Assembly: GCA_023267555.1 (NCBI GenBank)
Contig: JAHFMZ010000001.1
Coordinates: forward strand, 1 to 62,436
Reading direction: 5' to 3'
Source of the DNA: a bacterium
GTDB lineage: Bacteria > Patescibacteriota > Minisyncoccia > Phycocordibacterales > UBA5272
Length of the DNA: 62,436 nt
Shown: piece by piece, positions 29,581 through 37,956 of the stretch
Numbering within the stretch: the stretch's first letter is position 1
Layout of the letters: each line of letters opens with the position of its first letter
The notes under the pieces: model-generated
What the model saw: only the letters and a program-made list of their open reading frames with translations
Told to the model about the DNA's origin: nothing
The model's database searches: none
Program-made: the position numbers and the translations under genes

Positions 29581-31341
29581 CTACAACCTACCCTTAATTT
29601 CAGTATTTAATTTTTCTGCGAGTTCACTGATTTTCATCTCACCTATTTTACCAAGAGTGCGATGTTCGAGTGTAATTGTTCCATTGGTAACTTCTGCATC
29701 TCCAATCACTGCCCAGTATGGAGTTTTCATTTCTCGAGTGTTACGAATCTTTTTACCAAGACCTTCTCTAGAATTATCAAGTGTTACACGAATATCTGAA
29801 TTTTGTAATTCATTAAATATAGTTTCTGCGTATTCATTATGTTTATCTGTGATTGGAAGTATAGTAATTTGATTTGGAGATAGCCAAAGAGGGAAATTAC
29901 CAGCGAAGTGTTCTATCATCACACCCATAAATCTTTCTAGTGAACCAGCTATAGCTCGATGTATCACAACTGGTCTTTCTTTTTTACCTTCAGCATTTAT
30001 GAAATTCAAATCAAATCTTTCTGGAAGATTAAAATCACATTGTATTGTGGCTAGTTGCCATTCACGACCGATTGCGTCTTTAAACATAAAGTCCAATTTT
30101 GGTCCATAAAAAGCTGCCTCGCCCTCAACTTTTTTATAATTAAGTTTATTTGCTTTTGCTGCTTCTTCCAAAGAAGTTTCTGCAAGGTTCCAAGCGTCAT
30201 CTTCTCCAAGATATTTACTTCTATCATCTCCTCGAACAGAAAGTGATACCCAATATCCATCCAACATATTCATAGTTGTATAAAATTCTTTGATGATACC
30301 AACGATAGTAGAGACTTCTTCTTTTATTTGTGATTGTGCGCAAAAAAGATGTCCGTCATCTTGGGTGATAGCACGCACACGAAGTAGTCCTCCTAATTGT
30401 CCAGACTTTTCATCACGATAGACGGTGGCTGGTTCAAAGTATCGTACTGGCATATCTCTGTATGAAAATTGATTGTCCGCAAAGATTTGCATATGATGTG
30501 GACAATTCATTGGTTTCATAATAAATTTATCTTCTTTACCTTGTACACGAAAAAGTTCATCACCAAATTTTGCAGCGTGTCCTGATGTTTCATATAGTGC
30601 TTCTTTTGCAATATGTGGAGTCCATACACGAGAATAACCTTTTTTGCTATGAAGTGACCACAAATAATCTTCAATTTCTTTGCGGATAATCATTCCATTT
30701 GGTTGCATTAGTGGAAGACCGGGACCAATAAGGGGAGAAACAGTAAAAAGTTTTAATTGTGCACCGATAATTCTATGATCTCTTTTCTTCGCTTCTTCTT
30801 GTTGTACTATGTATGCATCAAGTTCTTTTTTATTTTCAAACGCAAGTCCATAAATACGAGTGAGCATTGGTTTTGTTTCATCTCCTCGCCAATACGCACC
30901 AGCTAAATGTGAAAGAGTAAAACAATCGAGTGGAATTTCTTTTGTATTTTCTACGTGAGGTCCTTCACATAAATCAAAAAAGTCATCACCCGTGCGATAA
31001 ATAGTCACTTCATCTCCTTTTTGTGCGATTCCGTCTAAGAGTTCTATTTTGAAAGGATTAAATTCAAAAATAGAACGAGCTTCTTCAATAGAAATAATTT
31101 CTTTTTTAAATGGTAGATGACGTTTGATAATATCTCGCATTGTCTCTTCTACTTTTTTTAAATCTTCTACGCTTATTTTTGTATCATTAGAAAAATCGAT
31201 GTCATAATAAAAACCATTATCTATAACTGGCCCGATAGTGGGTTGCGCGTGAGGAAAATGATGTTTTATGGCCATTAAAAGAATATGCGCCAAAGAATGA
31301 CGTATACGAAAAATAGGGGTTTGCTCGATATTGTTTAACAT
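29581..31341 (-). CDS. thrS: threonine--tRNA ligase (no N-terminal TGS domain)
   Basis: RHSLAHILLMA (editing-domain HxxxH), class II core motifs, and a C-terminal anticodon-binding domain. Confidence 0.9.
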   Translation of the reverse strand: MLNNIEQTPIFRIRHSLAHILLMAIKHHFPHAQPTIGPVIDNGFYYDIDFSNDTKISVEDLKKVEETMRDIIKRHLPFKKEIISIEEARSIFEFNPFKIELLDGIAQKGDEVTIYRTGDDFFDLCEGPHVENTKEIPLDCFTLSHLAGAYWRGDETKPMLTRIYGLAFENKKELDAYIVQQEEAKKRDHRIIGAQLKLFTVSPLIGPGLPLMQPNGMIIRKEIEDYLWSLHSKKGYSRVWTPHIAKEALYETSGHAAKFGDELFRVQGKEDKFIMKPMNCPHHMQIFADNQFSYRDMPVRYFEPATVYRDEKSGQLGGLLRVRAITQDDGHLFCAQSQIKEEVSTIVGIIKEFYTTMNMLDGYWVSLSVRGDDRSKYLGEDDAWNLAETSLEEAAKANKLNYKKVEGEAAFYGPKLDFMFKDAIGREWQLATIQCDFNLPERFDLNFINAEGKKERPVVIHRAIAGSLERFMGVMIEHFAGNFPLWLSPNQITILPITDKHNEYAETIFNELQNSDIRVTLDNSREGLGKKIRNTREMKTPYWAVIGDAEVTNGTITLEHRTLGKIGEMKISELAEKLNTEIKGRL

Positions 31342-31511
31342 TATGTGTTTAATAATAACAGAAAAAGGTAAAAGTGAGTAGTATATTAGACGATAAAAGT
31401 TTTTGGTTATTATCTTGACATTGCTAGTAGGTTTTGTACTATGTATTAACTAGCCAAACATCCTCTACGATACATCGAAATAATTGTTTGGCAAGTTTTA
31501 ATTTAAACTTT

Positions 31512-32066
31512 ATGTCACCACTTTATATTGGTCTTGGAATCATAGTTATCTTAGTTCTTATTGTAATTGGTATTTACAATGGTCTTGTTACTTCTCGTAT
31601 GCACGTAAAAGAAGCGTGGGCAGATATTGACGTACAACTCAAACGTCGTTTTGATCTCATTCCCAATCTTGTGAACACTGTAAAGGGTTCAACAAATTTT
31701 GAAACTTCTACATTGGAGAAAGTTATACAAGCTCGTAGTAAAGGTCTGGAGGCTCGTACTCCATCTCAAATGGGTGAAGCTGATATCGCTATGCGAGGTG
31801 CGCTTAATGGATTTTTTGCTCTTGCAGAAAGTTATCCAGATTTAAAATCGAATCAGAATTTTATTGCTCTACAAAATGAGCTTTCAGATACTGAAAATAA
31901 AATTCAAGCAGCTCGTCGTTTTTATAATGGTATTGTAATGGATTACAACACCAAGCTTCAAACTTTCCCATCAAATATTTTTGCGTCAATGTTTTCATTC
32001 AAATCATCAGATTTTTTTGAGCTTGATAAAGATGAGGCGCGTGATCCAGTAAAAGTAAAGTTTTAG
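31512..32066 (+). CDS. lemA: LemA family protein
   Basis: TM helix then VKEAWADIDVQLKRRFDLIPNLV..RRFYNGIVMDYN. The internal ATG at 31512 is preferred. Confidence 0.85.
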   Translation: MSPLYIGLGIIVILVLIVIGIYNGLVTSRMHVKEAWADIDVQLKRRFDLIPNLVNTVKGSTNFETSTLEKVIQARSKGLEARTPSQMGEADIAMRGALNGFFALAESYPDLKSNQNFIALQNELSDTENKIQAARRFYNGIVMDYNTKLQTFPSNIFASMFSFKSSDFFELDKDEARDPVKVKF

Positions 32067-32123
32067 ATTTCGATACGTATTAATATATGTAGTTGTATTT
32101 TGTATTCTATATAACCTATACCT

Positions 32124-33041
32124 ATGGCAACATTATATTCACATCAATCTTCAAACATTAGAAAAACTTGGTTTCTAATGACGGGATTTTTGGTTGGAGT
32201 TATTTTGCTGGGTTTTATTTTGGCTTATGTTTACGGAAATCCAAATATTTTATATTTTGCATTTTTTGTCAGCATATTTATGAATATTTCTGCGTATTGG
32301 TTTTCGGATAAAATAGTTCTTTCAATGGCACACGCAACAAGAGTAGAGTCAAAGAATGATTATCCAGATTTGTGGAATACAATGGAAAATCTTTGTATTA
32401 CAGCTGGGCTTCCAATGCCAAAGCTTTATGTTATTGATGATCCAGCACCAAACGCTTTTGCAACTGGACGAAATAAAAAACACGCAGTTGTTGCAGTGAC
32501 CACTGGGCTTTTACCACTTCTCACAAAATCGGAATTAGAAGGTGTACTCGCACACGAACTTTCTCATATTGGAAATAGAGATATGCTTGTGCAAACTGTG
32601 ATTGTAGTGTTTGTTGGGTTGATTACGCTTGTGGCAAATATTGCTTTACGTGCATCTATTTTTGGTGGACGAGATGATGATAGTAAAAACCCACTTCTTT
32701 TAATATTGGGTGTGGTAGCAATTATTTTGGCACCACTTGCTGCAACTATTATCAAACTTGCGATTTCTCGTGATAGAGAATTCTTGGCAGATGCAACTGG
32801 TGCACTCATCACTCGTTATCCAGAAGGGTTGGCTTCGGCGTTACAAAAGATTAGTAATTTTCATCAACCAATGCGTGTACAAAATAATGCTATTGCTCAT
32901 TTATTTATTTCTGATCCAACGGGGGTGAATGATGAATCAGAATTGCGTGAACACGAAAAAGTTTCTTGGATTGCAAAGTTGTTTATGACACATCCACCTA
33001 TTGCAGAGCGCATCGAAGCTCTTATTGGAAAGAATAATTAA
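32124..33041 (+). CDS. htpX: zinc metalloprotease HtpX
   Basis: HELSHIGNRD zincin motif, four TM segments, and a lemA-htpX gene pair. Confidence 0.88.
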   Translation: MATLYSHQSSNIRKTWFLMTGFLVGVILLGFILAYVYGNPNILYFAFFVSIFMNISAYWFSDKIVLSMAHATRVESKNDYPDLWNTMENLCITAGLPMPKLYVIDDPAPNAFATGRNKKHAVVAVTTGLLPLLTKSELEGVLAHELSHIGNRDMLVQTVIVVFVGLITLVANIALRASIFGGRDDDSKNPLLLILGVVAIILAPLAATIIKLAISRDREFLADATGALITRYPEGLASALQKISNFHQPMRVQNNAIAHLFISDPTGVNDESELREHEKVSWIAKLFMTHPPIAERIEALIGKNN

Positions 33042-33074
33042 AAATTCTTTGTGATAGAATAGAACGGAAAATAT

Positions 33075-33161
33075 GGAGACGTCGCATAGCGGCCTAGTGC
33101 ACTACCTTGGAAAGGTAGCAACGGGGTAACTCGTTCGAGAGTTCGAATCTCTCCGTCTCCG
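33075..33161 (+). tRNA. tRNA-Ser (anticodon GGA), class II, no encoded CCA
   Basis: Acceptor GGAGACG/CGTCTCC, G73, anticodon arm CTACC-TTGGAAA-GGTAG, long variable arm, T arm GAGAG-TTCGAAT-CTCTC. Confidence 0.88.
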
Positions 33162-33189
33162 CAAAATAATGAGCTTGTGAATATATTTT

Positions 33190-33297
33190 GCGAGACGGAG
33201 AAAGCCAACTGCTTGGCTTTCGTAGAGATTCGAATACGGGTCGGAAAATCATCTGCGACGAAGGAGCTGATTTTGTGACCGAATCTCTCCGTCTCCG
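33190..33297 (+). ncRNA. tRNA-trailing tRNA-mimic module (Ser-GGA copy)
   Basis: GAGACGGAG, H1 AAAGCCAA-CTGC-TTGGCTTT, core AGATTCGAATACGGGTCG, H2 GGTCGGAAAATCA../..TGATTTTGTGACC, then CGAATCTCTCCGTCTCCGCAA, identical to the last 21 nt of the tRNA region. Confidence 0.6.
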
Positions 33298-33337
33298 CAA
33301 TGTTTTTAGTATTAGAAGGATTGGATGATATAATAGT

Positions 33338-34039
33338 TTGAATATTATGTTGTTTATATTCAATGTGTTTGTAACAGCAATACTTTTTGGTGTTGGACTC
33401 TATTTTACAGAGAGGCCTAAAAATAGGTGGTTTTATCGTTGGGGTAAAAACCGTGCGATTGTTATTATTTCAATTATTGTAGCTATTACGTCAGTTTCTG
33501 TTAATGTTGTGTCTAAAAGTATTGAGAAGCCTTTAAGCAGGCCTAGTATTATAATTCAAACATTGAAAGAGAAAAATGAAATTGAAATATTAATTAAAAC
33601 AAAAGGATTAGTAGATAGAATTTCATTAAAATATCCTATATTGGGTAATATTACTGACTTCCAAGATTTAAATGATGTTACAGATGCTTCTACTATTTTA
33701 GCAAAGGCAGTTGGTGGTGTAACACAAAATGATGTATTGAATAATTTTCAAATGATCATCACCGACATAAAACCAGATGTTGTATTGCATTATAAATTTT
33801 TTTATAGACCCTCATTTGAGGGTATCGAAATTGCTGGGACTGATAGATATGAACTTGTATATGCATGGGAATATTATGGTGATAAAATTCAGGAGACGGA
33901 ATGGCGGACAATCAAAGGCGACAATTCGACGGTTAAACCTAATGTAGAAATTAAGGGATTTAAAATTTTTAATAAGGCTCTAACACCAGAAGAAGTAAAG
34001 AAGTTGTATGAAGACGGCATATCTCAGATAAAGTTTTAG
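33338..34039 (+). CDS. hypothetical membrane protein
   Basis: 233-aa ORF with two N-terminal TM helices. The C-terminal FNKALTPEEVKKLYEDG resembles the ends of LamG-type domains (weak). Confidence 0.5.
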   Translation: MNIMLFIFNVFVTAILFGVGLYFTERPKNRWFYRWGKNRAIVIISIIVAITSVSVNVVSKSIEKPLSRPSIIIQTLKEKNEIEILIKTKGLVDRISLKYPILGNITDFQDLNDVTDASTILAKAVGGVTQNDVLNNFQMIITDIKPDVVLHYKFFYRPSFEGIEIAGTDRYELVYAWEYYGDKIQETEWRTIKGDNSTVKPNVEIKGFKIFNKALTPEEVKKLYEDGISQIKF

Positions 34040-34059
34040 AGCACCAAATGTGTTAGTAT

Positions 34060-34536
34060 TTGTTTATGAAAATCGCAATCCTAGATAACCTTCGTTCGGT
34101 TTATAATGTTGGTTCTATTTTTCGTACGGCAAATGCGGCGGGAATAGATAAGATTTATTTATGTGGCACCACTCCAACTCCGCTAGATAAAAGAGGTCAA
34201 AGGAGAAAAGATTTTTCAAAAGTGGCACTAGGCGCAGAGGACACAGTTAAATGGGAATATTTTGAAAGTACATCTGAATGTGTAAAGAAAATAAAAGAAG
34301 AAAAATATTTTGTATTAGCTTTGGAACAAGATAAAGACTCAGTAGATTATAAAGATATAGATATTTCCGAAAAAGAAAATGTGGCTTTTATAATTGGCAA
34401 TGAGGTCGATGGTATAACCAAAGATGTTTTGGAATTGTCAGATAAGATTGTAGAAATTTCAATGGTTGGAACTAAAGAATCACTAAATGTAACGATTGCG
34501 TTTGGAATAGCGGTATATCGTATACTGGATGTATGA
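34060..34536 (+). CDS. SpoU/TrmH family RNA 2'-O-methyltransferase
   Basis: NVGSIFRTANAAGIDKIYL, IIGNEVDGI, SLNVTIAFGIAVY. Confidence 0.85.
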   Translation: MFMKIAILDNLRSVYNVGSIFRTANAAGIDKIYLCGTTPTPLDKRGQRRKDFSKVALGAEDTVKWEYFESTSECVKKIKEEKYFVLALEQDKDSVDYKDIDISEKENVAFIIGNEVDGITKDVLELSDKIVEISMVGTKESLNVTIAFGIAVYRILDV

Positions 34537-35081
34537 AATTGATTCATCCGTATTGTAAATATGTTGCAAATTTGATTGATAAAAATGATATAGATAAAAT
34601 TTATCACGATACTCGCTATGGCAGAAGAATAAAAGATGATAATGAATTATTTGGCATTCTTTTGATGGAAATAAATCAAGCGGGACTTTCTTGGCAAATA
34701 ATTTTGAAAAAAGAAAAAGGATTTAGAAGAGCTTACAATAATTTTGATATTAAAAAGGTTGCAAAGTATAAAAAGAAAGATTTTACACGATTGATGAATG
34801 ATTCTGGGATAATTAGAAATAAATTAAAAATAAATGCAGCTATTTATAATGCGCAAAAGATTTTAGAATTGCAAAAAGAATATGGAAGTTTTAGAAAATG
34901 GTTGGATATAAAAAGTAAAGAAATAGAACAAGATAAAAATAAATGGATTAAGGAATTCAAAAAACTTTTTAAATTTATGGGTATTGAAATAGTCGGTGAG
35001 TTTTTGATGGGTATAAATATGTTGGATGGGGCGCACGATAAGCACTGTTTTGTCTATAAAAAAATTTTGAGAATGAAATAA
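34533..35081 (+). CDS. tag: DNA-3-methyladenine glycosylase I
   Basis: YHDTRYGRRIKDDNELFGILLMEINQAGLSWQIILKK. Overlaps the upstream stop by 4 nt. Confidence 0.85.
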   Translation: MKLIHPYCKYVANLIDKNDIDKIYHDTRYGRRIKDDNELFGILLMEINQAGLSWQIILKKEKGFRRAYNNFDIKKVAKYKKKDFTRLMNDSGIIRNKLKINAAIYNAQKILELQKEYGSFRKWLDIKSKEIEQDKNKWIKEFKKLFKFMGIEIVGEFLMGINMLDGAHDKHCFVYKKILRMK

Positions 35082-35106
35082 ATTTTTATGATAGAATATA
35101 CAAACT

Positions 35107-37119
35107 ATGAAAATGAAAACACTACCGCTCACACAAAAAGATTTTAACTGGGTGAAAATGACACCGACAATAATGAAGAAAACATCTGAAGCTTATCTTT
35201 TACACAAGAAAAAAGCTTATGCAGAAATTAAAAATATTCTGCCTGAAAATAGAACATATTTAAATACTTTATATGCATTAGAAAGATGTGATGATTCCTT
35301 TGAAAGTTTTTTTAGCAAAATGGGATTGCTTGGAGAGGTTTCTCCAAAAAAAGAAATACGTGAAGCAGCACACAAAACTGCTATGGAAACTTCAGAGAAA
35401 TTGGTGGATATTGAGTATGATAGAGATTTGTTTATCGCTCTTTGTGAATATTATGAAGGAAATTTTCGTGACGAAAAGAAATCACTTCGCAAAGAAGATA
35501 TAAAATTGTTGGAAGAAACACTTCGTGAATATCGTCGTATGGGATTTGATTTGCCAACTGAGAAGCAAAAGAAATTGAAACAATTAATGAAGAAAACATC
35601 AAAATTGTCGATTATGTTTCGCCAAAATATAAATGATTATCAGGATTATATTCTCTGTACTAAAGAAGAATTATCTGGGTTATCTGAAAGATATATTTCC
35701 ACTTTACCAAAGCATACGGATGATAGATATATTATTTCGCTTCAATATCCGCATATTATGCCGTTTATGGCAGAGGCTGAAAATAGAGAAAAAAGAAAAG
35801 CTTTAGCTGAAAAAAATTTAAAGAAAGGTGGAATTAAAAATCTTAAAATTATTGAAGAGTTGGTAAAAACGCGTCACGAAATTGCCACAATTCTCGGTTA
35901 TAAACATCACGCAGATTTTAGAACAGAAAATCGTATGGCAAAAAATGCAAAGACAGTAGAAGATTTCCAAAATTCACTTTTGAAAACTCTAGCGCCACTC
36001 GCCAAAAAAGAAATGGAAATATTACGTAATCACGCCAAGTCTCTCGGTATCAAGAAATTGGAACATTACGATATTGGTTATACAGCAACAAATTTAAAAA
36101 AGAAATTATACGACATTGATCCAGAAACAATACGGGCATATTTCCCGTTAGAAAATGTAAGGAAAGAATTATTTACTCTCTGTGAAAAATTATTTTCTAT
36201 TTCCATTAAAGAGTTTCCACTTTCTCTTTGGCATAAAGATGTAAAGAGTTATCAAGTTAATGATAAAGATGGAACATTGATTGGATATTTCGCAATGGAT
36301 TTATTTCCGCGTGAAGGAAAATATGGGCACGCGTGTATGGTTGATGTCATAGTCTCTCACGAACATAGTTATAAGAGTGAAGAATATATAGCATCACTTT
36401 CAACGATGATATGTAATTTCTCAACGCCGACAAAACAAAAAGGAAAATTACTTCCATCTTTGCTTTCATTGGGAGAAGTAGAAACTATTTTTCACGAATT
36501 TGGGCATCTTCTTCATATGACACTTTCACGTGCACGACTACAATCGCAAGCTGGAGCAAATGTGGCGTGGGATTTTGTAGAAACACCTTCACAGATTATG
36601 GAAAATTGGGTTTGGAATGAAGAAGTGCTAACAAAAATTTCTAAGCATTATGAAACTGGAAAGCATATGCCAAAAGATATGGTTGGACGTGTGATAAAAG
36701 GAAAGAAATTTCAAAGTGCGTATTTTTACACAGGACAGCTTATTCAAGGAAAATTAGATTTGGATTTGCATACAGGAAAAGTAAAAGATGCACGAGTTGC
36801 TCACAGAAAAATGAATAAAGTTTATTTCAACATTGATCTTCCAGAAAAAGAAACTTTGTTTCCTGCAGGATTTGGGCATCTCGTTGGATACGATGCAGGA
36901 TATTATTCTTATCTTTGGGCTTTAGTTTACGCTTGTGATGCCTTTGGTGATTTTCAAAAGAAAGGAAATAAAAATGTGATGACAAATAGCGAAGTTGGAA
37001 TGAAGTGGCGCAGGGAAGTTTTGGAAAAAGGAAGTAGTGAAGATGAGATGAAATTGGTAAAGAATTTTCTAGGGCGCACTCCGAATCAAAAAGCTTTTTT
37101 GAAAGAAATTGGTATTTAA
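35107..37119 (+). CDS. M3 family metallopeptidase (oligopeptidase)
   Basis: HEFGHLLH zinc motif within a 670-aa thimet/oligopeptidase-like architecture. Confidence 0.8.
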   Translation: MKMKTLPLTQKDFNWVKMTPTIMKKTSEAYLLHKKKAYAEIKNILPENRTYLNTLYALERCDDSFESFFSKMGLLGEVSPKKEIREAAHKTAMETSEKLVDIEYDRDLFIALCEYYEGNFRDEKKSLRKEDIKLLEETLREYRRMGFDLPTEKQKKLKQLMKKTSKLSIMFRQNINDYQDYILCTKEELSGLSERYISTLPKHTDDRYIISLQYPHIMPFMAEAENREKRKALAEKNLKKGGIKNLKIIEELVKTRHEIATILGYKHHADFRTENRMAKNAKTVEDFQNSLLKTLAPLAKKEMEILRNHAKSLGIKKLEHYDIGYTATNLKKKLYDIDPETIRAYFPLENVRKELFTLCEKLFSISIKEFPLSLWHKDVKSYQVNDKDGTLIGYFAMDLFPREGKYGHACMVDVIVSHEHSYKSEEYIASLSTMICNFSTPTKQKGKLLPSLLSLGEVETIFHEFGHLLHMTLSRARLQSQAGANVAWDFVETPSQIMENWVWNEEVLTKISKHYETGKHMPKDMVGRVIKGKKFQSAYFYTGQLIQGKLDLDLHTGKVKDARVAHRKMNKVYFNIDLPEKETLFPAGFGHLVGYDAGYYSYLWALVYACDAFGDFQKKGNKNVMTNSEVGMKWRREVLEKGSSEDEMKLVKNFLGRTPNQKAFLKEIGI

Positions 37120-37199
37120 TTTTTTAAGTTTTTTGTTTTTGCATAACGACATTTAAGGTGTTAGTATTTGTTTATTAGATGTTCTTTTGGGAGGTTCAA

Positions 37200-37373
37200 A
37201 TGAGTCTTTTAGATTTTTTCCAGTGGCTAGTTGCCTTAAATCCTATTTTTTTGATTTTAGCATTAGTTACTAATGGTAGGACAAGAGTCTTTTTTGCCAA
37301 GATTTGGGGTATTGTTTTTCTTCTGGGTATTGCTGCTATTATTCTTTTGGTCAAAAGCGGACAGCTCTCTTAG
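37200..37373 (+). CDS. hypothetical small membrane protein
   Basis: ATG preceded by GGGAGG-N5. Two hydrophobic helices, 57 aa. Confidence 0.4.
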   Translation: MSLLDFFQWLVALNPIFLILALVTNGRTRVFFAKIWGIVFLLGIAAIILLVKSGQLS

Positions 37374-37399
37374 AAAATAAATTGCTCAGGAGTATCATA

Positions 37400-37759
37400 A
37401 TGAAAGCCTTTATAAGAAGTAATCGTAATGGCAAACCTTATATATTTTTGGCAGATATAGGAGAGGGTGCCAGCAAGGGAATTATCAAGAGATTACCCAT
37501 AGGGGAAGTAAAAATAGAAGTAGATTTTTCTCTAGTGCGTAAAACTCTTGCGAGTGGACCTGTCGCAAAAAAATTTTCTGTTACAAGTATAGAGGAGGTC
37601 CGTATCGAACAGCAGAATCATTTAAAAAAGATAGCAGCTTTAGAGACTTTTATCAAAGAGCTGGAGGCTGCTCCCGTTTTGAAATCCTCTAAATCACTTC
37701 AAAAAATTCTCGAAGAAAAAAGAAGGCAGCTTAATTGTTTGAGGTCTGGTCAACTATGA
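37400..37759 (+). CDS. hypothetical protein
   Basis: ATG at 37400 preceded by AGGAG-N7. 119 aa with a coiled-coil-like C-terminal half. Confidence 0.5.
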   Translation: MKAFIRSNRNGKPYIFLADIGEGASKGIIKRLPIGEVKIEVDFSLVRKTLASGPVAKKFSVTSIEEVRIEQQNHLKKIAALETFIKELEAAPVLKSSKSLQKILEEKRRQLNCLRSGQL

Positions 37760-37874
37760 AAAAATATTTTGTTTTTTATTTCCGCGTTTGATGCTTCGTT
37801 GTGTCGGCGCGGTTTCATTTTTGAAATAGTTCACATAAAAATTATTTGACTCTCTTCCAAAAAGTGTGCTGTTG

Positions 37875-37883
37875 TGCTATAAT
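37875..37883 (+). promoter_or_regulatory. extended -10 element (TGCTATAAT) upstream of typA
   Basis: TGnTATAAT match. No well-spaced -35 was seen. Confidence 0.4.
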
Positions 37884-37897
37884 GTAACAATCTTAGG

Positions 37898-37934
37898 GAA
37901 AGTGGCGTGTCGCCACAGTCGACACGCCACTTTC
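37898..37934 (+). promoter_or_regulatory. 15-bp perfect GC-rich hairpin in the typA leader
   Basis: GAAAGTGGCGTGTCG-CCACAGT-CGACACGCCACTTTC followed by ATATTTTATT. It lies between the -10 element and the ATG at 37957. Confidence 0.5.
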
Positions 37935-37956
37935 ATATTTTATTAAAGACATCAAT

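Noticed and set aside
33162-33297. Interpreting the duplicated tRNA 3' ends as attL/attR scars of integrated elements
   Set aside because: No integrase or cargo is present. Only ~110 nt lie between the tRNA and the repeat, and a copy of the acceptor 5' strand is also present. The intervening helices covary between loci, which fits a structured RNA better. This is not fully excluded and is listed as a refutation route.
33094-33363. Minus-strand ORFs 33094..33363, 57244..57516 and 57374..57625, which share the peptide MIFRPVFESLRKPSSWLSPSRKIYSQAHYFAET..
   Set aside because: The shared 'protein' is simply the antisense translation of the duplicated tRNA-Ser plus trailing module. The similarity reflects the RNA repeat and not a gene family.
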